A DNA stretch of 46,091 nucleotides from Candidatus Thorarchaeota archaeon (GTDB lineage: Archaea > Asgardarchaeota > Thorarchaeia > Thorarchaeales > Thorarchaeaceae): the NCBI GenBank assembly GCA_020348985.1, contig CP070761.1:1206448-1252538 (forward strand), written 5' to 3'. A model generated the notes under the pieces. That model made no database searches, was not told where the DNA came from, and saw nothing but the letters and a program-made list of their open reading frames with translations. Below, piece by piece: positions 28,096-36,744 of this stretch; position 1 is the first letter of the stretch; each line of letters starts with the position of its first letter. Position numbers and translations under genes: made by a program.

Positions 28096-28251
28096 TCAGA
28101 GCTTGCGCGTCGTTGGTGAAATCCGCTTCTCTAACTCTTGCAGCTGATCTCTCTTCTTCTTCGTTCGGTAAGCCGCCAGACCGGCTCTACCAAAGAGCAA
28201 CGCAAGTGGGACCCCTATCCATATTATCAGAAATGTCATGTCTGTCTGCAT
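28096..28251 (-). CDS. Putative 51-aa single-pass membrane microprotein
   Basis: Manual translation MQTDMTFLIIWIGVPLALLFGRAGLAAYRTKKKRDQLQELEKRISPTTRKL; fills the gap between two + strand genes. Confidence 0.6.
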   Translation of the reverse strand: MQTDMTFLIIWIGVPLALLFGRAGLAAYRTKKKRDQLQELEKRISPTTRKL

Positions 28252-28350
28252 TTTTCGCCAGTTGTCGTGTCTCAAATCACGAATTAAGCCTGTTGTCTGC
28301 TGCAGAACTTGCGTGTGTTTATCTAGGAGTTCATTGAATGAGAATCAGTT

Positions 28351-30039
28351 GTGATTCATTTGTCGAAGGTATCGAGAGGAGTGCCAAAGGAGATAGCGGA
28401 ATTTGGAGAAAGGCAGTTCAATGATACTGGCGCGGCTCTGGTTGAGATCCTCAGAGTCAAAGCAGCCACGGTAAGAAAGCATTTCAAACAGTTGCAGGGA
28501 GCTACGTTTCTCGTTTCTGTTGCGTCAATGGATAGAGTCCGCATCTACTTTTTCGATAGGGCAGGCAACATGATGATTGCTGAGAACATTGAACCAGAGA
28601 ATTACAATCGAGTGAGGAAGCAGTCCAGACTTCTTGCGAAGTTCGTTAAGCCAAGGCCGCCCACCCCCGAAGAGTTGAGAATGGAAGCAACAGAAGAGTT
28701 GCGGCAGGCACTGTCAAAGGCAATCCGACGCGTGTCCAGAGCGCTGGCAGTCAGTGAACCGGAATTCCCACCCACATTTGTCACGAAATCCGTGAATCAA
28801 GAGCAGACTCAAGGATTTGGAGTCTCATTTGAGGAAGATGGTGCCATTCTGTTTGAGGAGCCTTCGGTCAAGTCAATCTGGTCCGAAGGAATAATGACAA
28901 GGACGGCTTTCTTGCTCTTGCTCGATTGGAAGAAGTCAGAACTTTCATTCAGTGAGTGTGTCGGGAATGCCTTGGCACTATCCCTGGCAAGGAAAAGTGC
29001 AAGAAACGATTGGCTGCAAATTTGGACTGAGAAGTCAAAGAACTCCGAAATGAAACCTGTTGTAGATCATTTCGTGAATCACAGTGATACATACCATACT
29101 GACGGATATAGATGGATTCTTCAATTGATTCAAAGAGGGCCAGTATCTGATCACTTGGAGCATTGGATCAAAGGGCTTACGATAATCCACGAGAATCTTG
29201 AGGTTTCTCTTGGAACCGAAGACTATCACACTATAGCTCGACTCATTTCAAGTCTGTCAGACCCCCGAAAGATATCAAAGGCCCAAGACAAACTTCGGAC
29301 AATCCATCTATCAGCCAGAGCACTCTGTGACCCTACTCCCTTGGGATTGGAGCTAGTGATTGAGGACAAGAAGGATGCCGATCCTGATTCAGATTGGCTA
29401 GCTGTCACGTATCTTGAGGGGGGCAATGTTCGTCGTATTCATATCGGGACAGGGACGGGAGACCCTGTGTATTTGGTTTCATATTTCCTGAGCATTGACA
29501 ACATCTTTCCAAAACCAGGAGGAATCAAGCCTCTTGGTAACGATATCATCAGGTGGGCACTAAAGGCTTTTGGGCTTGAGTCTGAGCTAACACCCACGTA
29601 CTCCTCGATGGTTGAGCTGAAGTCAAGAACGCTCTCTTCCGCTGAGAAAGCTGTCCTGGAGAGACTGATTGAGGGAGAGCAGCAAGTTCTTTATGACACA
29701 CTCGTTGGCTCACCGGGCCGACTAAAATCGCTGATGGACTCAGGAGCCGTCTCAATGGTCCCAAGCTTTCACCATGTCGGATTGAAACCAAATCTGCTTG
29801 TGAAAGGCGGATTTGATCGGCTGAGGGCTGTTGCCGAGGACGCAAGCCTTGAAGCGACAACCTTCGTGTCAAATGACGAAGCGATATCACTTATTTCGGC
29901 ACCAGGAGCGTGGGCTCAGAGGGCCATACGAGCAACCCTTTCGAATGGATGTGCCGTGTATCCTGTTGTTGACATTCTTTCACAAAGAGGTCTAATTCGC
30001 ACCGAGAGAATGACCATTGGAGACTTCGTACCTAGTTGA
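28351..30039 (+). CDS. Hypothetical protein; C-terminus weakly Lrp/AsnC-like
   Basis: 562-aa ORF. LSSAEKAVLERL...RLKSLMDSGAV..VPSFHHVGL recalls the HTH-to-RAM linker of Lrp. Confidence 0.6.
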   Translation: MIHLSKVSRGVPKEIAEFGERQFNDTGAALVEILRVKAATVRKHFKQLQGATFLVSVASMDRVRIYFFDRAGNMMIAENIEPENYNRVRKQSRLLAKFVKPRPPTPEELRMEATEELRQALSKAIRRVSRALAVSEPEFPPTFVTKSVNQEQTQGFGVSFEEDGAILFEEPSVKSIWSEGIMTRTAFLLLLDWKKSELSFSECVGNALALSLARKSARNDWLQIWTEKSKNSEMKPVVDHFVNHSDTYHTDGYRWILQLIQRGPVSDHLEHWIKGLTIIHENLEVSLGTEDYHTIARLISSLSDPRKISKAQDKLRTIHLSARALCDPTPLGLELVIEDKKDADPDSDWLAVTYLEGGNVRRIHIGTGTGDPVYLVSYFLSIDNIFPKPGGIKPLGNDIIRWALKAFGLESELTPTYSSMVELKSRTLSSAEKAVLERLIEGEQQVLYDTLVGSPGRLKSLMDSGAVSMVPSFHHVGLKPNLLVKGGFDRLRAVAEDASLEATTFVSNDEAISLISAPGAWAQRAIRATLSNGCAVYPVVDILSQRGLIRTERMTIGDFVPS

Positions 30040-31696
30040 TGACTTCTACAATTGTTCCAATTGCCCGAGTGTTAGCCTCTCTCAACACAATCTTGTCACC
30101 AACCATTAGCGCCTCAGGCCGAATTAGAAACTCCAATCGCACTCTTGCAAAGTCGCCGACAGTCAAGTAGTCAGCGTCATAGATTTTCCTCAAGACGACA
30201 GCTTGTTGTATCGTATGGCTTTGAAACACAGGTGAGTATCCTTCGGATATTCTCGTAGGATGGCGAGTCACCACTATGTTAGCTTCGAATTGCGGACAAC
30301 TCGAAACCTCAGCATCAGTATCAGATAGGACCTGCCCTCTTCTGACCTCATGTTTGTCCACATCTTTGATGTCAAATCCGAACAAATCCCCGAGCTTGAC
30401 GAGTCCCACTCGTCGCTTGAACATCTCTATGGAGAACAGACGCCCCTCAAGGAACTGACCGTTTACATCAGGACCTAGCAAGAGATTCTGTCCCTTTTTG
30501 AAGACCCCTGACTTGACAGTACCAGTAACGACGACATTGGTTCCCCGGATTCCTCGATACACTTTGTCTACGTATGCACGTGCAGGTCTTTCGAAGTCAA
30601 TCCTGTCTGTTGTGGAAGGTAGCTGGCTAAGGAGTTTGACCAGTATTGAAAGCGATGACATGTCTGTTGCAGCAGTATGAAATATTGGAACAACAACACC
30701 GTTGTGTATCTCTCGCAGCACAGGTGGAATATCATCTGCATCCGAAATACCGACAGGGATGCGACCAATCTCCTTCAGCGTATCTCTTAGAACCTCTTCA
30801 ACTAGATTAACATCTTCATCCTTGGCTCTGTCTGTCTTAGAAATTGCGACAATGAATGGAGATTCTTGAGTAGACATTAGGATGAGATGTTCTCTGGTAA
30901 TATCATCAAGTCGACGAATTCCTGAACGATCTTCTTCAGCGCGGATTAAGTTAGCTTCTTCAGGAGCCGGCACTAGGATCAGCCCATATTGAGCATCAGC
31001 ACCAAGTATGCTTCGTATCATCGTCTTACTGTACTCTTTGTGTCCTGGTGCATCGAAGAAGGTGAGAATTCTCGCAGACTGATCCAGAACACGTGCGGAT
31101 TCTTCCTTGTTCAATGGATTTTCGATGTGTATGCTTTGCCCTTCCTCGTCGAAGCCCATGAATGCCAGATGAATATCTGCCGTCTGCCCTCGTGTAATCT
31201 CCTGAGGATGAATGAGAAGGAATGACCGTGACCTACCGCTGCCATCGTCTGGAGTTCCAGTGACTAGAGCTCCGATGAGAGTTGACTTGCCAGAGTTCAC
31301 CCTTCCTGCCACGTTGATTGAGCATGTCTCCTTGATTTCGGGGGCTTCAATCCTCTTCAACAGGTAAATGCCAACAAACCCCTTCTCTGTTTCTACCCTT
31401 TCCTCTTCTACGATTTCCACTTCGGCCTCTGCGCATACTTCAGCGAGAATTGAGGAAGCACTTTCCAGATCATCCTCGCTGAGACCGTACACCTTCCATT
31501 CCTTTCCATTTACGTCTTCAATCCCAACCAAGAATGTTCCTTCAAATGGGCTCTCACAAGTCATGTATCTGATTCTTGTAACAAGTTTCTGAAACCGATC
31601 TTTCTTAAGGTCGGTGTCAGAGAGTATCCTCTTGAACTCGGTATTCCGGGTCTCACCAATCCGCAGGATCTCTTTGATATCTTCTACAGATGTCAT
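30032..31696 (-). CDS. GTPBP1/2-like translational GTPase with N-terminal AlbA/Schlafen-like domain
   Basis: NTEFK...FQKLVTRIRY...LVGIED N-terminal domain. G1 GRVNSGKS, G2 RGQT, G3 DAPGH, G4 SKTD. EF-Tu-like domains II and III (HPTRISEGYSPV...AIGTI). Confidence 0.88.
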   Translation of the reverse strand: MTSVEDIKEILRIGETRNTEFKRILSDTDLKKDRFQKLVTRIRYMTCESPFEGTFLVGIEDVNGKEWKVYGLSEDDLESASSILAEVCAEAEVEIVEEERVETEKGFVGIYLLKRIEAPEIKETCSINVAGRVNSGKSTLIGALVTGTPDDGSGRSRSFLLIHPQEITRGQTADIHLAFMGFDEEGQSIHIENPLNKEESARVLDQSARILTFFDAPGHKEYSKTMIRSILGADAQYGLILVPAPEEANLIRAEEDRSGIRRLDDITREHLILMSTQESPFIVAISKTDRAKDEDVNLVEEVLRDTLKEIGRIPVGISDADDIPPVLREIHNGVVVPIFHTAATDMSSLSILVKLLSQLPSTTDRIDFERPARAYVDKVYRGIRGTNVVVTGTVKSGVFKKGQNLLLGPDVNGQFLEGRLFSIEMFKRRVGLVKLGDLFGFDIKDVDKHEVRRGQVLSDTDAEVSSCPQFEANIVVTRHPTRISEGYSPVFQSHTIQQAVVLRKIYDADYLTVGDFARVRLEFLIRPEALMVGDKIVLREANTRAIGTIVEVIN

Positions 31697-31698
31697 TA

Positions 31699-33699
31699 CT
31701 AGTTCTCCGAGAATATGCTCCCAACCAGTTCTGAGGCTCCCATGTAATCAGCAGTCGCAACTGAATCATCACTGGCAGGATAGGCTACTTCATACTTTTG
31801 AGTGAACTCGTGAAGCCGATACCTAACGTCAAATGTCTCTTGATTCGCTATCAGTGTCACAATCCTAGTTGATGTGTGCTCCATCATCAGTGTGAATCCT
31901 TCGTGATTAATAGACCGAAGCAGTCCGATATCGCCCAGTAGCTCTTCCGAGAAGACCGAGATGGCCGAAACGAAACCTCCCAGAAGAGAGCTGTCCATCT
32001 TGAGCTTCTCGTCGAAGTAGTGGACAAACTCAGGAAGTCCGGAGCTACGGCTCAGAGCGATTAGTGCATGAAGCACTGGAGATGGGACCTCTCTGAGCTT
32101 CCCCACCGGCCTGAATCCTGAAACCCTGTTTAGCGACTGTTTCATTCCTGCTTGGTCAATCTCAGATGCGGCAGGGACAACCTCAGAATAAGTCGCCATT
32201 CTCTTCTTCACTTCAATCTCCAATCGATCATCTGCCAGGAAAGTGGCAACACTGGAGACTTTCTCCAAGTCTGTCTTGGCTTCAAGTGTACGACCGCCGT
32301 GTCTTCTGATTTCGCTTCTTAGAAGAAGTGCTTCAGCGAAGAGAGCCTGAAGTCCTTGTTCCTTGGCAATCTGTATCAAGTCATCCAAGTGATAGGCGGC
32401 GGTTGCCAAAGACTCCGCATCACCTAAAGACAGGAATGAGTCTAAGTGGGTTCTTGCTATCTCAAGTTTCGACTGAATGAGGATCTCGAAGAGTTGGTTC
32501 TCACGCGAGAGTCTAAGAGCCTCTTCCAGCGACTGAATGGCCGCAACTATGTTCCCAGCATGAGCTTCGCACACACCCCTTGTGTGCAAGAAAGTGGCTC
32601 GCTGCATGGGGATTTCTGAAGACTCAGCGATTCGTCCAGTCTTCTCAAGATACTTGCTCGCTTGGCTATGTTTCCCTTGTTTGGCGAGTAATACTGCGTA
32701 GAAAGCAAATGCTTCTATGACACCGGATTCGGTCTTCTCCTCTAGTCTCACTGCCTCCTTCAGGTATTGGGTAGCTTCATCGAGCCGTCCAAGAAGCGTG
32801 GTTAACTGGCCCAGATTCGCAAGTGTAACCAACTTAGTCGCGTCAACATCCATGTATGTAAGTGATTCTTCGAAATACTCCAGGGCCTCTTCCAATCTAA
32901 GTGAGTTTAACATGAGAGTCCCCATATTGTTCGTTGCCATGCCCAATCCAATTCTGGATGACACTTCTTCACTGATTCTCCTGAGCTCTTCATAATGCTC
33001 CTGTGCCTTGGCGAAATCACCTTGGTAGTTTGCGATATTGCCTCTGAGGTTCTCAACCAATGCCGAAGTTGTTCTCTGTCCAGCGGTTTTGGCCATGCCT
33101 TCGAGAGTTTCTGCTATTCTCACTGCTCGCGACGATTCACCAACTTGATTCAGCAGAGACCCCACAACATAGAGCGTAAACATTGTGACAATCAGTGGTT
33201 TGTCAACCTGCTCGGGATGTGCCTCAAGTAGATTGTCAAACTCCATAACCGCCACTATGACGCTTGTGTCCCTTTCTGCTGCGGCTTTCAGGACCTTGGT
33301 TGTGCTAAGCCGAACGAGGTCTGAAGGAGGAGAATCCTCAGATACGAGTGACTCCATCACAGATAATACTTCGCCCAATCCTTTACTATCCATGAGAACG
33401 AACAATGCGATTGTTCTGAGACCCAAGACCTCGATGTCCTGTGAGTCTGTTGATAGGAAAAGTGCTTCAGCAATCCTTCCTCGGTCCAAGCACGCTTTCA
33501 TTCCAAGTGTGATAATTGCGGGGTCAGGTGATTCCTTCATACATTCTTTGGTTGCAAGCTCAACAGCAAGGTCTGTGAAAGCCTCATAGTAGGAGACATC
33601 TTTGCCAGACTTCTTCTCAGCCTCCTTGATCAGCCTAGCCCAAGGAATCGTCTCTCTCTCAACGAGATAGACGAGTTCCGACGGGACCTTTCCTTTCAT
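31699..33699 (-). CDS. TPR-repeat protein with C-terminal longin-like domain
   Basis: TPR motifs (NLRGNIANYQGDFAKAQEHY, NNMGTL...EEALEYFEESL, ANLGQL). Tail SSGLP...MDSSLLGGFVSAISVFSEEL...LRSINHEGFTLMM. Confidence 0.78.
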   Translation of the reverse strand: MKGKVPSELVYLVERETIPWARLIKEAEKKSGKDVSYYEAFTDLAVELATKECMKESPDPAIITLGMKACLDRGRIAEALFLSTDSQDIEVLGLRTIALFVLMDSKGLGEVLSVMESLVSEDSPPSDLVRLSTTKVLKAAAERDTSVIVAVMEFDNLLEAHPEQVDKPLIVTMFTLYVVGSLLNQVGESSRAVRIAETLEGMAKTAGQRTTSALVENLRGNIANYQGDFAKAQEHYEELRRISEEVSSRIGLGMATNNMGTLMLNSLRLEEALEYFEESLTYMDVDATKLVTLANLGQLTTLLGRLDEATQYLKEAVRLEEKTESGVIEAFAFYAVLLAKQGKHSQASKYLEKTGRIAESSEIPMQRATFLHTRGVCEAHAGNIVAAIQSLEEALRLSRENQLFEILIQSKLEIARTHLDSFLSLGDAESLATAAYHLDDLIQIAKEQGLQALFAEALLLRSEIRRHGGRTLEAKTDLEKVSSVATFLADDRLEIEVKKRMATYSEVVPAASEIDQAGMKQSLNRVSGFRPVGKLREVPSPVLHALIALSRSSGLPEFVHYFDEKLKMDSSLLGGFVSAISVFSEELLGDIGLLRSINHEGFTLMMEHTSTRIVTLIANQETFDVRYRLHEFTQKYEVAYPASDDSVATADYMGASELVGSIFSEN

Positions 33700-33859
33700 T
33701 TCACTTGCACTCTCAGTCGCCTAACGCGGACTCGTATTGGTTTTCCGGTAATTCCCCTTTGCTTGACTTTCTTTGGTTCAGGAACCGAATTGCACTCTCT
33801 GGCGTTTAACGTAATCTTATTAGAGTAATGGGAATGTCGCCACATTAACATCCTACCTT

Positions 33860-35266
33860 GTGGAGCTGACTTGTTTGTTCGACGAGCTAGAAAAAGCTGT
33901 AGAAACCGGAAGGAATCTCGGAGCTGAGTATGTTGAGCTCCGAGGTGAATCAGGGTTCATAGAGTATATTCAGATGGAGGATAGAAATGTAAATGCCCTG
34001 ACTCAACGACTCGAAAGAGGCATAGCCATCAGAGTGCTGGTCGATGGCGCCTGGGGTTTTGTGTCAACAGGAGATCTCTCAGCGATTGATTTCGGAGTTG
34101 AGAGTGCCTTCAAGATGGCGAAAGCTGCTGCAAAGACTAGGAAGGACCCAATTGCGTTGGCTGAGGTTAAGGCATTTGAGAAGAAAGAAACACTGGATAT
34201 CGAAAGAGATCCTAGACATGTTCCAATCGAAGAGAAAATCAAATACATGGACGATATGACGACTCACATTCGCGATTTCGATGATCGGATTACTGCCGTT
34301 ACAGTCAAAGTGAGGACAGCATCTGGACACAAGTACTTGGTAACATCAGAGGGAACTAGGATTCAGTCTCAATCCACTCTTGTATGGGCCTACCCGTGGG
34401 TTAGTGGAAAGGAAGGTACGAAGCTAAGCGCAGCGCGCTACGAGGAAGCTTCAACTCACCAAGGCTGGGAGTATCTCGAACAAGTAGCAACCCCAGAGTA
34501 TGTTGGTCTAAATGCCGCAGAGAAGGTGAAGCTGCAGCTCGAGGGAACTCCGGCCAAGGGCGGCTCATTTCCATGTGTGCTTGGTCCAAGAGTCATCGGC
34601 GTTTTGGCACATGAGGCGCTTGGCCATCTCGCTGAAGCGGATCTGACCATTAATAGCTCTTTCAACGGAAAGGTTGGAGAGGTTGTAGGAGCGGAAGGAG
34701 TAAACATGACAGACGATGGTAGAATGCCGGGGATGCTTGGAACTTCAGGATTCGATGACGAGGGAGTGCCTTCTAGTAGGGTTGAGATCATAAAGGACTC
34801 GGTTCTCAAAGAGCTTATGACCAACAGGGAGTACGCCGCCAAAATCGGTCAAAGACCCACCGGCAATGCTCGGGCAGAAAGCTATCTGTTTCCACCCATC
34901 ATCAGAATGAGGAACACAATGTTTGAACCGGGTGATTTCTCGCCTGACGAGCTCTTTGAGGGCATCAAGTTCGGCTATTACTGTGCAGATTTCCGCGGTG
35001 GCCAAGCTCAGATGAATGCTAGTTTCCAAGTAGGAATTCAGGAGGCATATGAAATAGTGGATGGTCAGCTCGGACAGCCTGTGACTGATCTATCCATTTC
35101 GGGCATTGCTACTGATTCATTGTTCAAAATCGAGGGAGTGGCAAAAGAGGAGTTTCCGTGGGAAGCAGGCCGTTGTGGGAAAGGTCAGGAAGCCTTCGTA
35201 TCATCAGGCGGGCCGAGAATCAGATTCCTCGAAGGAGGAATTACATTCGGAGGAGTTACCAACTAG
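33860..35266 (+). CDS. tldD: TldD metalloprotease subunit
   Basis: GIAIRVLVDGAWGF, HEALGHLAEAD (HExxxH), FDDEGVP, GNARAESY...RMRNT, C-terminal CGK. Confidence 0.93.
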   Translation: MELTCLFDELEKAVETGRNLGAEYVELRGESGFIEYIQMEDRNVNALTQRLERGIAIRVLVDGAWGFVSTGDLSAIDFGVESAFKMAKAAAKTRKDPIALAEVKAFEKKETLDIERDPRHVPIEEKIKYMDDMTTHIRDFDDRITAVTVKVRTASGHKYLVTSEGTRIQSQSTLVWAYPWVSGKEGTKLSAARYEEASTHQGWEYLEQVATPEYVGLNAAEKVKLQLEGTPAKGGSFPCVLGPRVIGVLAHEALGHLAEADLTINSSFNGKVGEVVGAEGVNMTDDGRMPGMLGTSGFDDEGVPSSRVEIIKDSVLKELMTNREYAAKIGQRPTGNARAESYLFPPIIRMRNTMFEPGDFSPDELFEGIKFGYYCADFRGGQAQMNASFQVGIQEAYEIVDGQLGQPVTDLSISGIATDSLFKIEGVAKEEFPWEAGRCGKGQEAFVSSGGPRIRFLEGGITFGGVTN

Positions 35267-35279
35267 GAGATTGAAAAAG

Positions 35280-36638
35280 ATGCCAAACGAAAGAGAACTG
35301 GATGAACTGTGCAAGTACATTGTTACCAAGGGAAAGGAGTTGGGGGCTACTCACGTGGAAGCGCGTGCTCAGTCTGGCGTGGAGCTTGAGACCGAAGTTG
35401 AGCTCGGTCAGGTAAGCACTGTGAGCAACAAGATGAATGAAGAAATCGCTATCAGACTCTACGTAGGAAAGAAGATGGGATGTGCCTTCACGAACATACC
35501 CACTCGAGAGGCAGCAGATGAGGCTTTGGAACTAGCTATCGCTGCTGCCAATGCCACAACTGAAGATGCCGATTGGGTTGGATTACCCGTGAAGAGCAAA
35601 TACCCCAAGGTCGAAGAGCTATGGGATGATTCTGTTCCTAAGAGCGATTCCTCAGACGTGGTGAGGATTGTCGGGACTCTAATAGACAGGGCATCATCAG
35701 CTGTTGAAGGTCTCATTCCAGCATACGGCGCATCAGGTGCACTGGCATATCATAGTGCCTACGCAAACAGCAATGAAGTTGAACACTCCGAGAAGAGCAC
35801 CAATGGATATGTTGTGATTGGCGGCGTGAGTCAGACTGAAAGCGGAATGACTCCCATGGTTGTGTCCTATGACATTCGTAGGGGTCTGAAGCTTGATCTA
35901 GACTTCGTAGTGGAAGATTTAGCAACAATGATGAAGCTGTGTAAGATTCCGAAAAAGGGGAAAACAGGAAAGCACACAGTCGTCATCGCCCCACATGCAT
36001 ATCAGCAAATCTTCGAGTACACTCTGCTCCAATCGGTTCGTGGTGACAATGTCGCCAGAGGCAAATCCAAGATTGGTGACAAGATTGGTGAAGCAATCGC
36101 CTCTGAAAAGATCACAGTTGTTGATGATGGGTTGAATCCACGTGGAGTTAACACGTCATGTGCAGATGATGAAGGCGTCCCAAGACAGAAGACCCCCATT
36201 ATTGAGGACGGCATTCTGCGGTCTTTCCTCTGGGACACATACTGGGCGAACAAGATGGGAGTGAAGAGCACTGGAAATGCTAGACGCAATATGCGACAAG
36301 GACTTGTCGAAATCGCTTCCACAACGATTGTTGTTGAACCTGGTGAAAGAGAGATCGAAGAAATCATCTCGGGAATTGAACACGGCTATTACATTAGAGG
36401 CGTACAAGGAGCGCACAGTTCCAATCCCGAGTCCGGCGACTTTAGTGTTGTAGGCAATCCTGCAATCCTGATTGAAAATGGAAAGATGGTTGGGGCAATT
36501 GATGGACTGATGGTTTCGGGCAATGCATTCGATATTCTAAAGCAAGTTGAGGAAGTTGCCAGAATGCCGTTCTATCTGCAGGGCACAATCGGACCGGAGA
36601 TTGTCTTTCGCGATGTCGATATCATCGCAAAGGAGTAA
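35280..36638 (+). CDS. pmbA: PmbA/TldE non-catalytic subunit
   Basis: DDEGVP, STGNA, NPESGDFS; no HExxxH. Start is ATG 35280 or TTG 35271 rather than the track's 35106. Confidence 0.9.
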   Translation: MPNERELDELCKYIVTKGKELGATHVEARAQSGVELETEVELGQVSTVSNKMNEEIAIRLYVGKKMGCAFTNIPTREAADEALELAIAAANATTEDADWVGLPVKSKYPKVEELWDDSVPKSDSSDVVRIVGTLIDRASSAVEGLIPAYGASGALAYHSAYANSNEVEHSEKSTNGYVVIGGVSQTESGMTPMVVSYDIRRGLKLDLDFVVEDLATMMKLCKIPKKGKTGKHTVVIAPHAYQQIFEYTLLQSVRGDNVARGKSKIGDKIGEAIASEKITVVDDGLNPRGVNTSCADDEGVPRQKTPIIEDGILRSFLWDTYWANKMGVKSTGNARRNMRQGLVEIASTTIVVEPGEREIEEIISGIEHGYYIRGVQGAHSSNPESGDFSVVGNPAILIENGKMVGAIDGLMVSGNAFDILKQVEEVARMPFYLQGTIGPEIVFRDVDIIAKE

Positions 36639-36744
36639 CAAGAAGCAGACACGAAGCCTCTGATTGCTTTGGGATATCAGGCAGGCAAAAGCATATCAGT
36701 CGGACAAATCGAACGAGAGCTCCACGAGCACTGAGGACTATTTG

